From an uncultured Veillonellaceae bacterium (GTDB taxonomy: Bacteria > Bacillota > Negativicutes > JARBTT01): DNA of 64,000 nucleotides. Shown one piece after another: positions 59,234 through 64,000 of this stretch. The stretch is taken from NCBI GenBank assembly GCA_963805085.1, contig CAWDTA010000004.1, positions 96,001 through 160,000 of the forward strand, read 5' to 3'. Position 1 is the first letter of the stretch. Each line of letters starts with the position of its first letter. The notes beneath the pieces were generated by a model. The model worked only from the letters and a program-made list of their open reading frames with translations. It searched no databases and was not told where the DNA came from. Made by a program: the position numbers and the translations under genes.

Positions 59234-60133
59234 TTATTTATATTCCACAGCATGACCGCCAAACTGATTGCGCAGTGCGGCAACCACTTTGCCCGAAAAA
59301 GTGTCTTCTTCCATAGAGCGATAGCGCATCAAAACTGACAAAGCGATGACCGGTGTGCAAATCTGTTTGGCGAGAGCCTCTTCCAATGTCCATTTACCTT
59401 CACCTGTGGAATGCATAATTCCTTTCAGCTCAGCCAGCTGATTTCCCTCCTGACGGAAAGCATTTTCAGTAAGTTCCATCAACCAACTGCGAATCACCGA
59501 ACCATGATTCCATACGCTTGCTACTTTTTCCATATCATACTCATAATCGCTTTTCTTCAAAACTTCAAAACCTTCAGCCATTGCCTGCATCATGCCATAT
59601 TCTATCCCATTATGCACCATTTTACAGTAATGTCCGCTCCCCGAAGGACCGGTATAAAGGCATCCATCTTGCACTGAAATACTCGCAAAAAGCTGCTCAC
59701 AATAATGATAGGCTGATTCGTCGCCACCGATCATCAGACATACACCTTCCAATGCGCCTTCTTTTCCTCCGCTTGTCCCACAATCCAAATAGCGGATTTC
59801 TTTTTCCTGCAACACCTTACCACGTCGTACAGTATCACCGTAATACGAATTACCACCGTCAACAATGATATCCCCTGGTTCCAAAAGCTCTTTAAGTTGC
59901 GTAAGTGTTTCTTCTACCGGATTGCCTACCGGCACCATCATATAGAAAACCCGCGGACTTTCTAATTGACTTACCATATCCACAAGACCTGCAGCGATTA
60001 TAGCACCCTTTTCATCCAAACCTGCTGTATTTTCCGACATAATATCATGTACTACGACTTCGTGGCCTTTATCTAGCATATTTAGCACCAAATTATATCC
60101 CATTTTTCCTGTACCAATTAATCCCAACTTCAT
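59234..60133 (-). CDS. gnd: 6-phosphogluconate dehydrogenase, short decarboxylating type
   Basis: GTGKMG, VDGGN, KMVHNGIEY, RNQFGGH. Confidence 0.95.
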   Translation of the reverse strand: MKLGLIGTGKMGYNLVLNMLDKGHEVVVHDIMSENTAGLDEKGAIIAAGLVDMVSQLESPRVFYMMVPVGNPVEETLTQLKELLEPGDIIVDGGNSYYGDTVRRGKVLQEKEIRYLDCGTSGGKEGALEGVCLMIGGDESAYHYCEQLFASISVQDGCLYTGPSGSGHYCKMVHNGIEYGMMQAMAEGFEVLKKSDYEYDMEKVASVWNHGSVIRSWLMELTENAFRQEGNQLAELKGIMHSTGEGKWTLEEALAKQICTPVIALSVLMRYRSMEEDTFSGKVVAALRNQFGGHAVEYK

Positions 60134-60150
60134 AAATAAGTTCCCCTTTT

Positions 60151-61698
60151 CTATATATTCTTCTGATAAGCAACAATATCGGCGAATTCCTTCTGCACAT
60201 TCCAATAAAGTCTATCGTAAATATCATAAAGTCTTTTATAAACAATTGCATTTTCTGCTTGTGGTTTATATATTTTTTGAGGACGTACCAAAGTTGCTGT
60301 ATCTTCAATACTCTGCATAATCCCTTCTGAAATAAAGCCCAAGACAGCCGCACCAAAAGCCGCACCCTCACTATTATCCGGCAATGTGATTTCTTCGCCA
60401 AACACATCGGCCATAGTCTGTAGCCACAGCGGAGATTTTGTAAAACTACCACTGACACGGATATCTTGTATATCACCAAAATCCCGCAACGCTAGCAAAA
60501 CACTGTTAAGACTATAACAAATTCCTTCCATTGCTGCCCGAATCATATGTGAACGTCCATGGTTCAGCGATAACCCGAAAAACATGCCGCGAAGTTCCGA
60601 ATTCCAATGTGGTGCTCTTTCGCCTGTAAAAAAAGGTAAAAGGATCAACCCGTCCGATCCAGCGGCAATGCGCCCTGCTTTCATCGTCATGAGATCATAT
60701 GCATCAACATCCAAATTTTCCATCTGGGCACCGCCGTAATGGCAGACTTTGTCGCGAATCCAGCGCAAGACCATGCCCCCATTATTGATTGCTCCGCCCG
60801 CAACCCACATGTCATCCGTCAGATTGTAGCACCAGGTGCGCCCCTGTAGATCAATCTTCGGTGTTTTTGTCAATATCCGTAATGCACCGCTTGTACCAAT
60901 CGTCGCACTGATCTGTCCTTGTCGTACCGCACCGATACCGACATTCACAAGTACCCCATCCGTTGCCCCAATGACGATTGGAATACCTGCTGGAAGATGC
61001 ATTCTCTCCGCTGCCGCCGGCAAAATAGCCTGATGATACGTCGTCGACACCACTCTCGGCATATAGTCTTCAGCTATTCCAAGATACCTAAGTATATCTT
61101 GATCCCAGGCCAATTCTGCAACATTGTAAATTCCACTGCTACTGGCAACAGATCTATCCACTACCCACTCACCAGTCAAATTCTCAAATACATAATCCTT
61201 AATCGAACCAACATATCGCAAACGGCTAAATAAATCTGGATGATGCTTGCGCAGCCACAAAATTTTCGTTAACGGATAACAAGCATGTATCGGACAACAG
61301 GTCTTCTGATAAAAGCTACGGCAAAGAATTTCATCCTGTTTCATTTCTTGCACGATATCTGAACTGCGGCTATCGGCCCACGTTATCATATTCGTCAACA
61401 AGTTCTTTTCTGCATCCATCGCTGCAAAGCTATGCATAACCGCACTTAAAGCTACCCCTGACAGTTGCTTGTTTTTATAACGCAACGCATCTGCTGCTTT
61501 CCGCACAACACTCTCCACCGAATCATAGATTTGCGCTGGGTTCTGCTCTGCCCAATCAGGATGCGGCGTATCTAGAGGGTACAGGGCTGAAGCTGAACAA
61601 ATACTTTTGCCATCGGACTGATAAGCAATGGCCCTTACACCTGTGGTTCCAATATCTACACCAATCCAAACACAATCTTCAACATGATCTATTTGCAT
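60151..61698 (-). CDS. gntK: Gluconokinase (FGGY family)
   Basis: GVDIGTT, TWADSR, TIGTSGA, GERAP; next to gnd and gntP. Confidence 0.92.
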   Translation of the reverse strand: MQIDHVEDCVWIGVDIGTTGVRAIAYQSDGKSICSASALYPLDTPHPDWAEQNPAQIYDSVESVVRKAADALRYKNKQLSGVALSAVMHSFAAMDAEKNLLTNMITWADSRSSDIVQEMKQDEILCRSFYQKTCCPIHACYPLTKILWLRKHHPDLFSRLRYVGSIKDYVFENLTGEWVVDRSVASSSGIYNVAELAWDQDILRYLGIAEDYMPRVVSTTYHQAILPAAAERMHLPAGIPIVIGATDGVLVNVGIGAVRQGQISATIGTSGALRILTKTPKIDLQGRTWCYNLTDDMWVAGGAINNGGMVLRWIRDKVCHYGGAQMENLDVDAYDLMTMKAGRIAAGSDGLILLPFFTGERAPHWNSELRGMFFGLSLNHGRSHMIRAAMEGICYSLNSVLLALRDFGDIQDIRVSGSFTKSPLWLQTMADVFGEEITLPDNSEGAAFGAAVLGFISEGIMQSIEDTATLVRPQKIYKPQAENAIVYKRLYDIYDRLYWNVQKEFADIVAYQKNI

Positions 61699-61771
61699 GA
61701 AAACAACCTCCCATATTTACTTTCTGATAACCATTTTTATTGTTTTTATTCTATCATAATATATTTTAAAA

Positions 61772-61824
61772 TGCAATTTATTATTCATTATTTTATCTTA
61801 AAAATGATATATTTATTTCATTTT
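61772..61824. promoter_or_regulatory. Two candidate RpiR operators upstream of gntK
   Basis: TGCAATTTATTATTCA and AAAATGATATATTTATTTCATTTT near-palindromes. Confidence 0.45.
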
Positions 61825-61895
61825 TTTAAAAATATCGTGTAAGAGCTAGCTAATTATTTTATTCTTCCACAACTTACTATTAAGCATTCTAGGCA

Positions 61896-61975
61896 CAAAA
61901 AAGCACCCACAAATGTGAGTGCTTTTCCCTGTTTTCTCCAACAAAAAAAGACCCAACCGAAGTTGAATCTTTTCA
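61896..61975 (-). terminator. Tandem rrn terminators
   Basis: Two hairpins each followed by T runs on the minus strand. Confidence 0.75.
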
Positions 61976-61979
61976 TCTT

Positions 61980-62082
61980 AACCAGCAACTACCTACTTTC
62001 CCAGGGCGTTTCCACCCAAGTATCATCGGCGTGTATAGGCTTAACTACTGTGTTCGGTAGTGGAACAGGTGGATCCCTATAG
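61980..62082 (-). rRNA. rrf: Second 5S rRNA, divergent and missing ~14 nt at its 5' end
   Basis: Aligns to 62272-62388 but stops at GGATCCCTATAG; different helix II sequence. Confidence 0.8.
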
Positions 62083-62090
62083 ACCAGTCC

Positions 62091-62208
62091 GACAAAACGA
62101 GAGCACCACATCTGCGTTGTCACTCCTGCGATCCTTCGTTTCGCGTACACTAGTACTGCTCAACTCAGGTTCTCGTCCTTCCTAGCATCTGCAGCACTCT
62201 CGTTTGTC
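62091..62208. repeat. Palindromic element, copy C (same core, different arms)
   Basis: GACAAAACGAGAG...CTCTCGTTTGTC arms around CATCTGCGTTG..CTCCTGCG..CGTAC..GTAC..CCTAGCATCTG. Confidence 0.7.
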
Positions 62209-62271
62209 TTGTTCCTTCGAATCTATTTTTTTATACAAAAAAAGACTCGACCTAAGTCGAGCCTTTCATCT

Positions 62272-62388
62272 AACCAGCAACTACCTACTTTCCCAGGGCG
62301 TTTCCACCCAAGTATCATTGGCCTCTAAGCGCTTAACTACTGTGTTCGGTATGGGAACAGGTGGAACCACTTAGGTATCGTCACTGGA
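62272..62388 (-). rRNA. rrf: 5S rRNA
   Basis: TCCAGTGACGATA...CCGAACAC...AGTAGGTAGTTGCTGG, ~117 nt. Confidence 0.96.
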
Positions 62389-62593
62389 TCTTTCAGAGAT
62401 ATTCTCTGAAAACTAAACAGAAGTTTTATTATTGTATTCTTTGCATTTTAGTTATCACTTTATCCGTCGAAGTTGATCTACCACGTCCTCTAACTTCGTC
62501 TCATTCGACAAAGCTACGTCTTTGGTTTCTTCTCACTTCGCTCGAACTAAAGTGATTCACTCAAAACTTTTCTCAAAGTTTTGGTTCTCTACT

Positions 62594-64000
<1,407 letters not shown>

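Overview
Core-genome window of a low-GC, probably spore-forming Firmicute; gene content and RNA polymerase inserts suggest Negativicutes/Selenomonadales (inference). Almost everything is on the minus strand. In order it holds rpoC(partial)-rpoB-rplLJAK-nusG-secE-rpmG, a 7-tRNA cluster, an accessory block (PPi-PFK and two tandem sugar ABC transporters), the conserved sigH-yacP-rlmB-thyX-mrnC-cysS-cysE-[T-box]-gltX-ispFD-yacL-carD-radA-clpC-mcsBA-ctsR region, an Asc-family PTS/split-transketolase/DeoC operon, a fabK-like gene, a SpeD-like gene, cdd, an EAL-CBS-GGDEF gene, a gluconate cluster and the 3' end of an rRNA operon. The rpoB/rpoC frameshifts look like consensus artefacts: seven carry the same CTTA signature (CTT and TTA Leu codons merged). 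No CRISPR, prophage, transposase or defence system is visible. The best candidates for something undescribed are: (1) a SpeD homologue lacking the pyruvoyl-forming serine, with a basic tail and structured leader; (2) a tandem-domain ThyX whose halves keep complementary active-site motifs; (3) a ~120-bp palindromic repeat family in 5' leaders and next to a divergent, 5'-truncated 5S rRNA, with an 'empty' 31-bp form; (4) a PTS-transketolase-DeoC pathway of unknown substrate; (5) several unannotated small or sporulation-type genes.
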